A DNA stretch of 64,000 nucleotides from an uncultured Bacteroidales bacterium (GCA_947593515.1 CANQDQ010000007.1:14484-78483), one strand, 5' to 3'. Numbered from the stretch's first letter, positions 18,956 through 27,784 are shown. Program-made: numbers and translations. The notes: generated by a model from the sequence alone, not told the origin.

Positions 18956-21463
18956 CTATCGGACAATTATCATCGTCTTGCCGTTCACGATGTAGGCACC
19001 GTTCTGTAACGTTTTGAGGTCGGCGGCATCATCGGTTTCGAGTACCAACACGCCTTGCAGATTATATACCGTTATGTGTCCGTCGGTTTGCTGCGTTTCC
19101 GTTATCGATGACGGCTCGTCGGGTTCTACGGGCTCCGGCTCTTTTATCGTGTAGGTATAGGTGAGTTCGGGGTTGCTATGTCCCGTTTTCGGGTCGGCGG
19201 CAAAGACGTCGTCGCCGAATGTTCCTGCCGGAATTACGAGCAGATAAGTTCCTGCTTCGGTCAGGCTGTATTCGGCAGCCTTTGTCTGTTCGTCGCCTTG
19301 CAGGGCAATGATGAAACTTTTTCCGTCTTCACTCGCTGTAATGCGGGCGGGATAGTATGCCGAGCTGTCTGCTTTCATCACCGTTGCCGAGTCGCCCACG
19401 AGGGCGGGACGCTCGTCGAAAGCGAGCGTAAAGGTGGAGAGGGCGGTTATCGTTTCGTCGTTTTCAGCAGGAGTTATCGTCGGTGCGGCTTCGAAGTCGT
19501 ATGCCACGATCGGCAATATCGTTCCGAACTCCTTCCACCCTTCGGCGGCTTTATACTTTTCTACCGATTCGGCAGGTACATACAACGTACAGATGGAACA
19601 ATCCGTGTCCGAAAAAGTTATTCCGCTTAAATTCGGCGGTATCGGATTATATATGGTTATTTTTGTCAAACTCGAACAATACGCAAAAATCTGCATACCG
19701 ATGTTTTGAATGTTACTCCTTATCGTTACCTCATTCAACTTGGAGCAATTGTAAAAAGCGCCTTGCTCAATAGTCGTAACACTCTCCGGTATCGTTATCG
19801 AAGTCAAGCTCTCGCAGCGGATAAAAGCACTGATCCCGATAGTCGTAACACGATTGCCCATCGTTACAGAAGCCATGTTGCCGCAGTCGTAAAAAGCCTT
19901 GTTGCCAATAATTAAAACATTATCGGGAATTATTATCGACTGCAGACTCGCGCAATAATAAAAAGCCCCGTCTCCGATAATGGTAACGCTATTGGGTATG
20001 GTTGCTGAAATCAAGCCATTACAACCATAAAAGGCGTATGAGCCGATAACCGTAACGCCTTCCGGTATCGTTACCGATTCCAGACCCGAACACCGTTGAA
20101 AAGCTCTATCACCGATAATAGTTACCCCTTCGGGTATGGTATAATCTGCTACTCCACATTTCGGTGCAAAGGCTATAAACAAAGTGTCATTTACGATAAG
20201 GCTGCAATAATCGTCCGTTGCAAACTTTCCCTTGAATTTTTCAATATTCGTACAGCCACGAAATGCCCCAGAAGCAATAGAGACAACACTCTCCGGTATC
20301 GTTACCGACGTTAAGCCGACACAATCCTCAAAAGCAGCCTCGCCGATAGTGGTAACACTCTCCGGTATTGTTACCGATGTTAACTCTGAGCAACCGGAAA
20401 AAGCACTGCTGCCAATAACTTTAACTTCGTCCGGTATGGTATATTGAGTCAATCCACTCGGTGCAAACGCTTTCAAGGTATCATCTACGATAAGACAGCA
20501 ATGATCGTTCGATGCCAATGGTCCATCAAATTCTTCCAAACTTTCACAACCAAGAAAAACTCCGTCGCCGATAGTCATACTGCTGCTGCCTATCGTTACA
20601 TTTGTCAAACTCCCACAATCCAAAAAAACTTCGTCGCCGATAGCGGTAACGCCGTTACCTATCATTACCGACGTTAACACTCTGCAAGAGTGAAATGCCC
20701 GATTGCCGATAGTGGTAACACTGTTGGGTATCGTTACCGATGTTAAATTCCTGCAATAGTCAAAAGCCTTATTACCGATAGCAGTAACACCCTCGTTTAT
20801 TTTTACCTCTGCTAAACGCGAACAACTCGAAAAAGCAGCATCTCCTATCAAAACGACGTTTGCCGGTATCGTTACCGATTCCAAAGCAGAGCAACCGGAA
20901 AAAGATCCAGTGCCGATAACCTTAATATTTTCAGGTATAATATAGTCATTCAGCCCGTTTGGCGCAAAGGCTTTCAACGTATCCTTTATGATAAGACAGC
21001 GCCCTTCTTCCGCAGCAAATTTTCCTTCAAAATATACCAACGACACACAACCTGAAAAAGCCCTGTCGCCGATAGTGGTAACACCGTCGGGTATCGTTAT
21101 CGACGTCAAACGGCTGCAATTGGCAAAAGCTCTTTCGCCAATAGTGGTAACGCTTTCGGGTATTGTTACCGATGTCAGGTATGTGCAACCCTCAAAAGCA
21201 TAGTCGCCGATAGAAGCAATACCATCACTTACCGTTACCGAATTAATCGAAGTGCGATAATTATACCATGGGGTCTTCCTTTCAGCATAATTTCTCATGG
21301 CTCCCGTACCGGAGATTTCGAGGACACCGGTTTCGGTATCGAGTTTCCATGTAACATTGGCACTGCAATAGCCGCTGTAGATTTCGGCTTGCACCGTTGC
21401 CGCTCCGCCCCACAAGAGCGCGGACAGCAACATAAAAAACAGTGTGCGTTTCATTTTTGTCAT
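18956..21463 (-). CDS. BspA-type leucine-rich-repeat surface protein with T9SS C-terminal sorting domain
   Basis: 835 aa with a signal peptide. About 25 copies of the ~23-aa unit xSVTIPxSVTxIGxxAFxxCxxL. C-terminal ITVYNLQGVLVLETDDAADLKTLQNGAYIVNGKTMIIVR is a typical T9SS CTD. Confidence 0.85.
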   Translation of the reverse strand: MTKMKRTLFFMLLSALLWGGAATVQAEIYSGYCSANVTWKLDTETGVLEISGTGAMRNYAERKTPWYNYRTSINSVTVSDGIASIGDYAFEGCTYLTSVTIPESVTTIGERAFANCSRLTSITIPDGVTTIGDRAFSGCVSLVYFEGKFAAEEGRCLIIKDTLKAFAPNGLNDYIIPENIKVIGTGSFSGCSALESVTIPANVVLIGDAAFSSCSRLAEVKINEGVTAIGNKAFDYCRNLTSVTIPNSVTTIGNRAFHSCRVLTSVMIGNGVTAIGDEVFLDCGSLTNVTIGSSSMTIGDGVFLGCESLEEFDGPLASNDHCCLIVDDTLKAFAPSGLTQYTIPDEVKVIGSSAFSGCSELTSVTIPESVTTIGEAAFEDCVGLTSVTIPESVVSIASGAFRGCTNIEKFKGKFATDDYCSLIVNDTLFIAFAPKCGVADYTIPEGVTIIGDRAFQRCSGLESVTIPEGVTVIGSYAFYGCNGLISATIPNSVTIIGDGAFYYCASLQSIIIPDNVLIIGNKAFYDCGNMASVTMGNRVTTIGISAFIRCESLTSITIPESVTTIEQGAFYNCSKLNEVTIRSNIQNIGMQIFAYCSSLTKITIYNPIPPNLSGITFSDTDCSICTLYVPAESVEKYKAAEGWKEFGTILPIVAYDFEAAPTITPAENDETITALSTFTLAFDERPALVGDSATVMKADSSAYYPARITASEDGKSFIIALQGDEQTKAAEYSLTEAGTYLLVIPAGTFGDDVFAADPKTGHSNPELTYTYTIKEPEPVEPDEPSSITETQQTDGHITVYNLQGVLVLETDDAADLKTLQNGAYIVNGKTMIIVR

Positions 21464-21489
21464 AATTTTATAGTTTAATAAATATGCTA

Positions 21490-21497
21490 CAAATGTA
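21490..21497 (-). promoter_or_regulatory. -7 promoter box TACATTTG for the LRR gene
   Basis: The reverse complement of caaatgta matches TAnnTTTG, 27 nt upstream of ATG 21463. Confidence 0.5.
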
Positions 21498-21939
21498 GTC
21501 TGAAAATGTAAATTTACAAAACTTTCCGCTAAAAATTTTTGGTTTCATTCGCAAAATGCTCTCCGAATCGGAAAAGTACAATCGTTCTTTTTTCATGTTT
21601 CAAAAAATTTGTGCCCGCTGTTCCCCGACAAGGCGTTAATAATAAATTGGATATAATAAAAGCGTGAGGAACAATTTCCGTTTATCTTACAAGAGGTATC
21701 GCCAAACACCCGTAGAGAAATAAACAGCTACCCCACGCCTGCCATATATGAACACCTCACGGCGCATATCGGCTGCATGAGCGTTTGTACTGTCTTTCCT
21801 TCTCTACAAAACTTTGGCGAAATTTCTTGTAAAGGATAAAACGAAACGCTTTACGAATCAATCGTTTGCGGAGAACCGCCGTTCCCCGTATCGCCACAAA
21901 GATAGTAAAATAACTGATTACTTGACGCTTTCTCAATAC

Positions 21940-22015
21940 AAAATCGTCCCGTTTTGCCGTTTTTCCATTTTTTGCAAGGAAATAGCGGGCGATTATCGTC
22001 CGTAACTTCGTGCCA
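21940..22015 (+). repeat. direct repeat DR2, copy B
   Basis: See 18812-18889. Here the palindrome is degraded to CGGGCGATTATCGTCCG. Confidence 0.9.
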
Positions 22016-22129
22016 AGATTCTACCGGTATTACGACGAATAACGATAATCGGGAAACAAAATTGTTACAATACGGTTACAAATACGAGCAAACGAATATA
22101 TATAAATTACAAAAAATATACTACTCATT

Positions 22130-22166
22130 GATGAATAAGTATTTATTTTAATGAATTTTTCCGAAC
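22130..22166. promoter_or_regulatory. possible tandem ARG-box-like sites
   Basis: Two TGAAT cores at 22132 and 22152 (20 nt apart) in an AT-rich context (TGAATAAGTATTTA, TGAATTTTTCCGAA). Only a partial fit to TNTGAATWWWWATTCANW. Confidence 0.3.
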
Positions 22167-22259
22167 TATTGCCTGTCCGACGGGCGGGCGGTTATCGACT
22201 TTTTTTCGTCGGTAAAAAATTTTCTTTAAAGAAATGCATCGAAAGTAAATTTTTATACA

Positions 22260-22267
22260 TATATTTG
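22260..22267 (+). promoter_or_regulatory. -7 promoter box TATATTTG for argR
   Basis: Exact TAnnTTTG, 28 nt before ATG 22295. Confidence 0.5.
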
Positions 22268-22277
22268 CAGCCTCAAA

Positions 22278-22291
22278 AGAATAAATATTCG
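22278..22291. promoter_or_regulatory. candidate ARG box (ArgR operator) between promoter and argR start
   Basis: AGAATAAATATTCG is a near-palindrome that fits TGAATWWWWATTCA at 12 of 14 positions. Confidence 0.45.
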
Positions 22292-22294
22292 GAC

Positions 22295-22777
22295 ATGAAA
22301 AATAAAGTAAACAGATTAGACGCTATCAAAGCCATTGTAAGCGGCAGCCGCATAGGCGGACAGGAAGAGCTGTTGGAGCAGCTGCGCCGCAAGGGATTTG
22401 AATTGACGCAGGCTACCCTGTCGCGCGACCTCAAATCGCTACAAATCGTGAAAATAGCGCACCAAAACGGCAGCTATCAATACGTATTGCCCGAAGCCGT
22501 AAGTTTGGTAAGCCGGAAACCATCGGTCATCGACACGCCACCCCTGACGGCAGCAAACAATTTCTTTTCCATAGCGTTTTCAGGGCAAATGGTGGTAATG
22601 AAGACACGCCCGGGCTATGCCGGCGGCACGGCTTTCGAGATAGACTCTCACGCTTTTCCCGAATTTCTCGGCTCCGTAGCCGGCGACGACACGGTGCTGC
22701 TCGTCCTGCGCGAAGGGGTGTCGCACGAAAAAGCGCTCTCCGTCCTGCGCACAATCATTCCGAATATTGCATTATAA
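22295..22777 (+). CDS. argR: arginine repressor
   Basis: 160 aa from MKNKVNRLDAIKAIV. wHTH region TQATLSRDLKSL, with a C-terminal DDTVLLVL-type domain. The track ORF start (22151) is an upstream extension. Confidence 0.85.
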   Translation: MKNKVNRLDAIKAIVSGSRIGGQEELLEQLRRKGFELTQATLSRDLKSLQIVKIAHQNGSYQYVLPEAVSLVSRKPSVIDTPPLTAANNFFSIAFSGQMVVMKTRPGYAGGTAFEIDSHAFPEFLGSVAGDDTVLLVLREGVSHEKALSVLRTIIPNIAL

Positions 22778-22795
22778 TTTCGTTTTTTCATAAAA

Positions 22796-23353
22796 ATGGA
22801 TATTCCTCAAATAGACGTCATGGTAGCCGACGCTTCACATGAAGTGTACGTCGATACGATACTCCAAACCATCAGAGAAGCAGCCAAAGTGCGCGGCACC
22901 GGCATTGCCGAACGCACGCACGAATACGTTGCCCAGAAAATGAAAGAAGGCAAAGCCATCATCGCCCTGTGCGGCGACCAGTTTGCCGGATTTACCTACA
23001 TCGAATCGTGGGGCAATAAACAGTATGTCGCCACGTCGGGGCTTATCGTACACCCCGACTATCGGGGACTGGGGCTGGCAAAACGCATCAAACAGGCGTC
23101 GTTCCAACTCGCCCGCCTGCGGTGGCCGTGGGCAAAAATATTCTCCCTCACCAGCGGCGCAGCAGTCATGAAAATGAACACCGAGCTGGGCTACGTGCCG
23201 GTAACCTTCAACGAACTGACCGACGACGACGCTTTCTGGCGCGGCTGCGAAGGGTGCATCAACCACGACATATTAGTGGCGAAAAACCGCAAATTCTGTA
23301 TCTGCACCGCCATGCTCTACGACCCGAAAGACCACGAAAAAGATAACAAATAA
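22796..23353 (+). CDS. GNAT-family N-acyltransferase embedded in the arginine cluster
   Basis: 185 aa. Acyl-CoA binding-type motif HPDYRGLGLAKRI. Positioned between argR and argG. Confidence 0.75.
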   Translation: MDIPQIDVMVADASHEVYVDTILQTIREAAKVRGTGIAERTHEYVAQKMKEGKAIIALCGDQFAGFTYIESWGNKQYVATSGLIVHPDYRGLGLAKRIKQASFQLARLRWPWAKIFSLTSGAAVMKMNTELGYVPVTFNELTDDDAFWRGCEGCINHDILVAKNRKFCICTAMLYDPKDHEKDNK

Positions 23354-23364
23354 AACGATATAGT

Positions 23365-24570
23365 ATGGAGAAGAAAAAGAAAGTCGTCGTAGCGTTCAGC
23401 GGCGGATTGGACACCTCTTTCACCGTCATGTATCTGGCAAAAGAGAAAGGGTATGAAGTGTATGCCGCCTGCGCCAACACGGGCGGGTTCAGCGCAGCCC
23501 AATTAAAACAGAACGAAGAAAACGCCTACAAACTCGGCGCCGTAAAATACGTAACGCTCGACGTTACCCGCGAATATTACGAAAAAAGTCTGAAATACAT
23601 GATTTTCGGGAATGTGCTGCGCAACGGCACCTATCCCATTTCGGTAAGCTCGGAGCGCATCTTTCAGGCTCTCGCCATCGCCCGATACGCCAACGAAATA
23701 GGAGCCGACGCCATAGCGCACGGCTCTACGGGCGCAGGCAACGACCAAGTGCGTTTCGACATGACTTTTCTCGTACTTGCCCCCAACGTCGAAATCATCA
23801 CGCTCACCCGCGACATGGCGCTCTCCCGCCAGTATGAAATCGACTACCTGAACAAGCACGGTTTCGCCGCCGACTGGACAAAAATGAAATACTCCTACAA
23901 CGTGGGTCTGTGGGGCACCTCCATCTGCGGAGGCGAAATACTCGACTCGCGGGAGGGTCTGCCCGAATCGGCATACCTGAAACAGGTTACCAAAACCGGC
24001 AGCGAACAACTCCGCCTCCAATTCAAAGAGGGCGAACTCTGCGCCGTAAACGGCGAACATTTCGACGACCCCATCAAAGCCATACTCAAAGTGGAGTCGA
24101 TAGGCGCCGCCTACGGCATCGGTCGCGATATGCACGTGGGCGACACCATCATCGGAATCAAAGGTCGGGTGGGATTCGAGGCTGCCGCACCCATGCTCAT
24201 CATCGGCGCGCACCGCTTCCTCGAAAAATACACGCTCAGCAAGTGGCAGCAATATTGGAAAGACCAAGTGGCAAACTGGTACGGCATGTTCCTGCACGAG
24301 AGCCAATACCTCGAACCGGTGATGCGCGATATCGAAGCCATGCTGCAAAAGTCGCAGCGCCACGTCAATGGCACCGCCATTCTCGAATTGCGCCCGCTGT
24401 CGTTCTCGACGGTAGGCGTCGATTCCGCCGACGACTTGGTGAAAACCAAATTCGGCGAATACGGCGAAATGCAGAAAGGCTGGACGGCAGAAGACGCCAA
24501 AGGCTTCATCAAAGTAACTTCCACCCCACTGCGGGTATATTACACCAACCATAAAAATGAGGAGATTTAA
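23365..24570 (+). CDS. argG: argininosuccinate synthase
   Basis: 401 aa with the PP-loop [12 protein letters not shown]. Confidence 0.9.
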   Translation: MEKKKKVVVAFSGGLDTSFTVMYLAKEKGYEVYAACANTGGFSAAQLKQNEENAYKLGAVKYVTLDVTREYYEKSLKYMIFGNVLRNGTYPISVSSERIFQALAIARYANEIGADAIAHGSTGAGNDQVRFDMTFLVLAPNVEIITLTRDMALSRQYEIDYLNKHGFAADWTKMKYSYNVGLWGTSICGGEILDSREGLPESAYLKQVTKTGSEQLRLQFKEGELCAVNGEHFDDPIKAILKVESIGAAYGIGRDMHVGDTIIGIKGRVGFEAAAPMLIIGAHRFLEKYTLSKWQQYWKDQVANWYGMFLHESQYLEPVMRDIEAMLQKSQRHVNGTAILELRPLSFSTVGVDSADDLVKTKFGEYGEMQKGWTAEDAKGFIKVTSTPLRVYYTNHKNEEI

Positions 24571-24572
24571 TC

Positions 24573-24764
24573 ATGGCAACAAGTAAAAAACTGTTTCGTT
24601 CGAGCACGAACAAAGTAATTGCCGGCGTATGCGGCGGAATAGGTGAATATTTCGATATCGACCCGACAATCGTGCGCATCGTATGGGCTTTGTTCATCGT
24701 CATTGGCGGCATGGGAGTCCTCGCCTATCTCATTATGTGGCTCATCATGCCCAAACAGCGGTAA
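24573..24764 (+). CDS. PspC-domain small membrane protein
   Basis: 63 aa. [36 protein letters not shown] followed by one TM helix. Confidence 0.7.
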   Translation: MATSKKLFRSSTNKVIAGVCGGIGEYFDIDPTIVRIVWALFIVIGGMGVLAYLIMWLIMPKQR

Positions 24765-24783
24765 TAACTTTATAAAGGAACGT

Positions 24784-25752
24784 ATGATAAAAGTCGGAAT
24801 CATAGGAGGAGCAGGCTACACGGCAGGCGAACTGCTGCGGTTGCTCGTGAATCACCCCGATGTGGAAATCGTATTCGTGAACAGCGCCAGCAACGCTGGA
24901 AACCGCGTTGCCGACGTGCATAGCGGACTGGTCGGCGATACCGAACTGGTATTTACCGACGAACTGCCCCTGACGGAAATAGACTGCCTTTTCTGCTGCA
25001 CGGCGCATGGCGACACCCGCAAATTCATCGAGGCGCACACGCTGCCCGAAGAGCTGCGGATTATCGACCTTTCGATGGACTATCGCATCGAAAGCGAAGA
25101 ACACGACTTTGTTTACGGACTGCCGGAACTGAATCGCAAACGCATCATACGCGCCCGCCACGTGGCAAATCCGGGCTGCTTCGCCACCGCCATACAGCTC
25201 GGCTTGCTGCCGCTGGCTAAAAACCTGCTGCTCAACAAGCCGATACACATCACCGCCATCACCGGCAGCACGGGAGCGGGACAGAAGCCGTCGGCAACGT
25301 CGCATTTCAGTTGGCGCAACAACAACATCTCGGTATATAAACCCTTTACGCATCAGCACCTGCCCGAAATACGGCAGAGCCTTACGCAGCTGCAAAACAG
25401 CTTCGCCGCCGAACTCGATTTCATTCCGATGCGGGGCGATTTTACACGGGGAATTTTCGCGGCGATATACACCGACTGTCCTATCGACCTCGACGAAATA
25501 CGCCGCCTCTACGACGAATATTACGACGACCATTCGTTCACGTTCGTAACCGACGGCGAACTCGACCTGAAACAGGTCGTCAATACCAACAAATGCCTGC
25601 TGCACCTCGAAAAGCACGACGACAAGCTGCTCGTGCTTTCGGCTATCGACAACCTGCTGAAAGGGGCGTCGGGGCAGGCGGTACACAATATGAATCTCTT
25701 GTTCGGGCTGACCGAAGTCGCCGGATTGAAACTGAAACCGTCGGCTTTCTAA
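24784..25752 (+). CDS. argC: N-acyl-gamma-glutamyl-phosphate reductase
   Basis: 322 aa from MIKVGIIGGAGYTAGELLRLL. Catalytic Cys in ANPGCFATA. The track ORF start (24643) is an extension. Confidence 0.9.
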   Translation: MIKVGIIGGAGYTAGELLRLLVNHPDVEIVFVNSASNAGNRVADVHSGLVGDTELVFTDELPLTEIDCLFCCTAHGDTRKFIEAHTLPEELRIIDLSMDYRIESEEHDFVYGLPELNRKRIIRARHVANPGCFATAIQLGLLPLAKNLLLNKPIHITAITGSTGAGQKPSATSHFSWRNNNISVYKPFTHQHLPEIRQSLTQLQNSFAAELDFIPMRGDFTRGIFAAIYTDCPIDLDEIRRLYDEYYDDHSFTFVTDGELDLKQVVNTNKCLLHLEKHDDKLLVLSAIDNLLKGASGQAVHNMNLLFGLTEVAGLKLKPSAF

Positions 25753-25777
25753 GGCGCGAACGCAAAAACATAACATC

Positions 25778-26908
25778 GTGAAACTATTTGACGTATATCC
25801 CCTTTTCGACATAAACATCGTGCGAGGCAGAGGCTGCCGCGTGTACGACGACAAGGGTACGGAATATCTCGACCTCTACGGCGGACACGCCGTCATCTCG
25901 GTGGGACACACCCACCCCTATTATCTGGAACAAATCAGACGGCAGGCAGGCGAGCTCTCTTTCTACTCCAACTCGGTGGTGAACAAACTCCAAAGCGAGT
26001 TGGCAGAGAAGCTCGGACGGCTGTCGGGTTACGACGATTACAGCCTCTTCTTGATAAATTCCGGTGCTGAGGCAAACGAAAATGCCCTGAAATTAGCCTC
26101 GTTCCACACCGGCAAGAAGAAGGTTGTATCGTTTTCACGCGCCTTTCACGGACGGACTTCGGCGGCGGTGAACGTTACCGACAACGCAAAAATCATCGCC
26201 CCGATAAACGGCACTTTCGAGGTCGTGCGCCTTACGCTCGGCGACATCGACGCCGTGCGGCGCGAACTTGCGAAAGGCGACGTATGCGCCGTCATCATCG
26301 AAGGCATACAGGGCGTGGGCGGCATACAGATTCCTGCCGACGACTTCCTGCGGCAGCTGCGCGAAGTCTGCACCGAAACGGGCACGGTGCTGATACTCGA
26401 CGAAGTGCAGTCGGGCTACGGACGCAGCGGCAAATTCTTCGCCCACCAATACGCCGGCATACGCCCCGACATCATCACGGTGGCAAAAGGCATGGGCAAC
26501 GGATTCCCGATAGGAGGCGTCCTGATAAGCCCCCTGTTCACTCCCGTTTACGGTATGCTGGGCACGACATTCGGCGGCAACCACTTGGCTTGCACCGCCG
26601 CCATCGCCGTGCTCGACATCATGGAGAAAGAGCGCCTCATCGAAAACGCCGCACGGGTGGGTGCATGGCTCATGGAGCAGTTGAAAGCGCTGCCGGGCAT
26701 CAAAGAGGTGCGCGGTCGCGGTCTGATGATAGGCATCGAATTCGAACAGCCGATTACCGACATACGCCGCTCGCTGTTGTTCGACGAAAAAGTGTTCACG
26801 GGTGTGGCGGGCACGCAGGTGATACGGGTGCTGCCGCCTCTCGTGCTGACGCTCGACGATGCCGCCGAATTTATGGAACGATTCAAACGTGTCTTAAATC
26901 GAAAATAG
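25778..26908 (+). CDS. argD: acyl-ornithine aminotransferase (class III PLP)
   Basis: 376 aa, GTG start. LILDEVQSGYGRSGKFFA and the TVAKGMGNG Lys site. Confidence 0.85.
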   Translation: MKLFDVYPLFDINIVRGRGCRVYDDKGTEYLDLYGGHAVISVGHTHPYYLEQIRRQAGELSFYSNSVVNKLQSELAEKLGRLSGYDDYSLFLINSGAEANENALKLASFHTGKKKVVSFSRAFHGRTSAAVNVTDNAKIIAPINGTFEVVRLTLGDIDAVRRELAKGDVCAVIIEGIQGVGGIQIPADDFLRQLREVCTETGTVLILDEVQSGYGRSGKFFAHQYAGIRPDIITVAKGMGNGFPIGGVLISPLFTPVYGMLGTTFGGNHLACTAAIAVLDIMEKERLIENAARVGAWLMEQLKALPGIKEVRGRGLMIGIEFEQPITDIRRSLLFDEKVFTGVAGTQVIRVLPPLVLTLDDAAEFMERFKRVLNRK

Positions 26909-26909
26909 T

Positions 26910-27680
26910 ATGAAAATAGCCGTCATAGGAGCCGGAAACATGGGCGGTGCCATCGTGCGCGGACTGGCATCGGGCACGAAAGTCGCCCCCGAAAACATCT
27001 GGGTGTCGAACCCCTCACAGCCGAAGCTGGACGCACTGAAAGCGTGCTGTCCCACCCTATCCGTTACGACCGACAACCGGCAAGCCGCCGAAGCCGCCGA
27101 TTACATCGTCTTGGCGGTAAAACCGTGGCTCGTGGGCAAAGTGCTCGGCGGTCTTTCCTTGCGGAAAGAGCAGGTACTCCTCTCGCTGGCAGCGGGGGTA
27201 ACATTCGACCGGCTCGCCGAATACGCCGGAACGGAACGGACACTCTTCCGCGTCATTCCGAACACCGCCGTTTCCGAGCGGGCAAGCATGACGCTCATCG
27301 CCTCGCACAACGCCTCGCCGGAGCAGGAAAAGACGGTGCTTTCGCTGTTCGACGAATTGGGACTGGCAATGCTTATCCCCGAATCGAAAATGACGGCGGC
27401 GATGATACTCGCCTCCTGCGGCATCGCCTACGTGTTGAAATATATCCACGCCGCCACCGAAGCGGGCGTGGAAATGGGCATCGCCCCCAAAGACGCCATG
27501 AAAATGGTGGCGCAGTCGGTAGAGGGTGCCGCCCGACTGATACTCGACAACGACACGCACCCCGCCGTCGAAATCGATAAGGTTACCACGCCGGGCGGCG
27601 TAACGATAAAGGGATTGAACGAACTCGACCACGCCGGATTTTCCTCCGCCGTGATTCGCGCCATGAAAGCCTGTCTGTAA
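26910..27680 (+). CDS. proC: pyrroline-5-carboxylate reductase
   Basis: 256 aa. Rossmann IAVIGAGNMGGAI and C-terminal VTTPGGVTIKGL. Confidence 0.85.
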   Translation: MKIAVIGAGNMGGAIVRGLASGTKVAPENIWVSNPSQPKLDALKACCPTLSVTTDNRQAAEAADYIVLAVKPWLVGKVLGGLSLRKEQVLLSLAAGVTFDRLAEYAGTERTLFRVIPNTAVSERASMTLIASHNASPEQEKTVLSLFDELGLAMLIPESKMTAAMILASCGIAYVLKYIHAATEAGVEMGIAPKDAMKMVAQSVEGAARLILDNDTHPAVEIDKVTTPGGVTIKGLNELDHAGFSSAVIRAMKACL

Positions 27681-27695
27681 ACAAGTTGCCCAGCC

Positions 27696-27720
27696 TTGCG
27701 ATAAAAAATTTTTATCGCAA
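27696..27720 (+). terminator. AT-rich perfect hairpin after proC
   Basis: TTGCGATAAAAA/TTTTTATCGCAA is a 12-bp perfect palindrome arm pair. There is no separate T-run beyond the stem. Confidence 0.5.
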
Positions 27721-27753
27721 ATCATAAAATTTTGCATTACACGCACTTTGTAT

Positions 27754-27761
27754 TATCTTTG
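27754..27761 (+). promoter_or_regulatory. -7 promoter box TATCTTTG for ssb
   Basis: Exact TAnnTTTG, 24 nt before ATG 27785. Confidence 0.5.
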
Positions 27762-27784
27762 TGTCGTGCAAAAAATCAACAACT

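Noticed and set aside
21468-21596. A 43-aa minus-strand ORF (MKKERLYFSDSESILRMKPKIF...) upstream of the LRR gene.
   Set aside because: It has no signal peptide, TM segment, motif or ribosome-binding context, and it overlaps the proximal promoter box of the LRR gene. It is treated as non-coding leader sequence.
22151-22294. A longer argR starting at 22151.
   Set aside because: The extension covers the promoter box and the candidate ARG box and has no ArgR similarity. The conserved N-terminus starts at MKNKVNRLDAIK.
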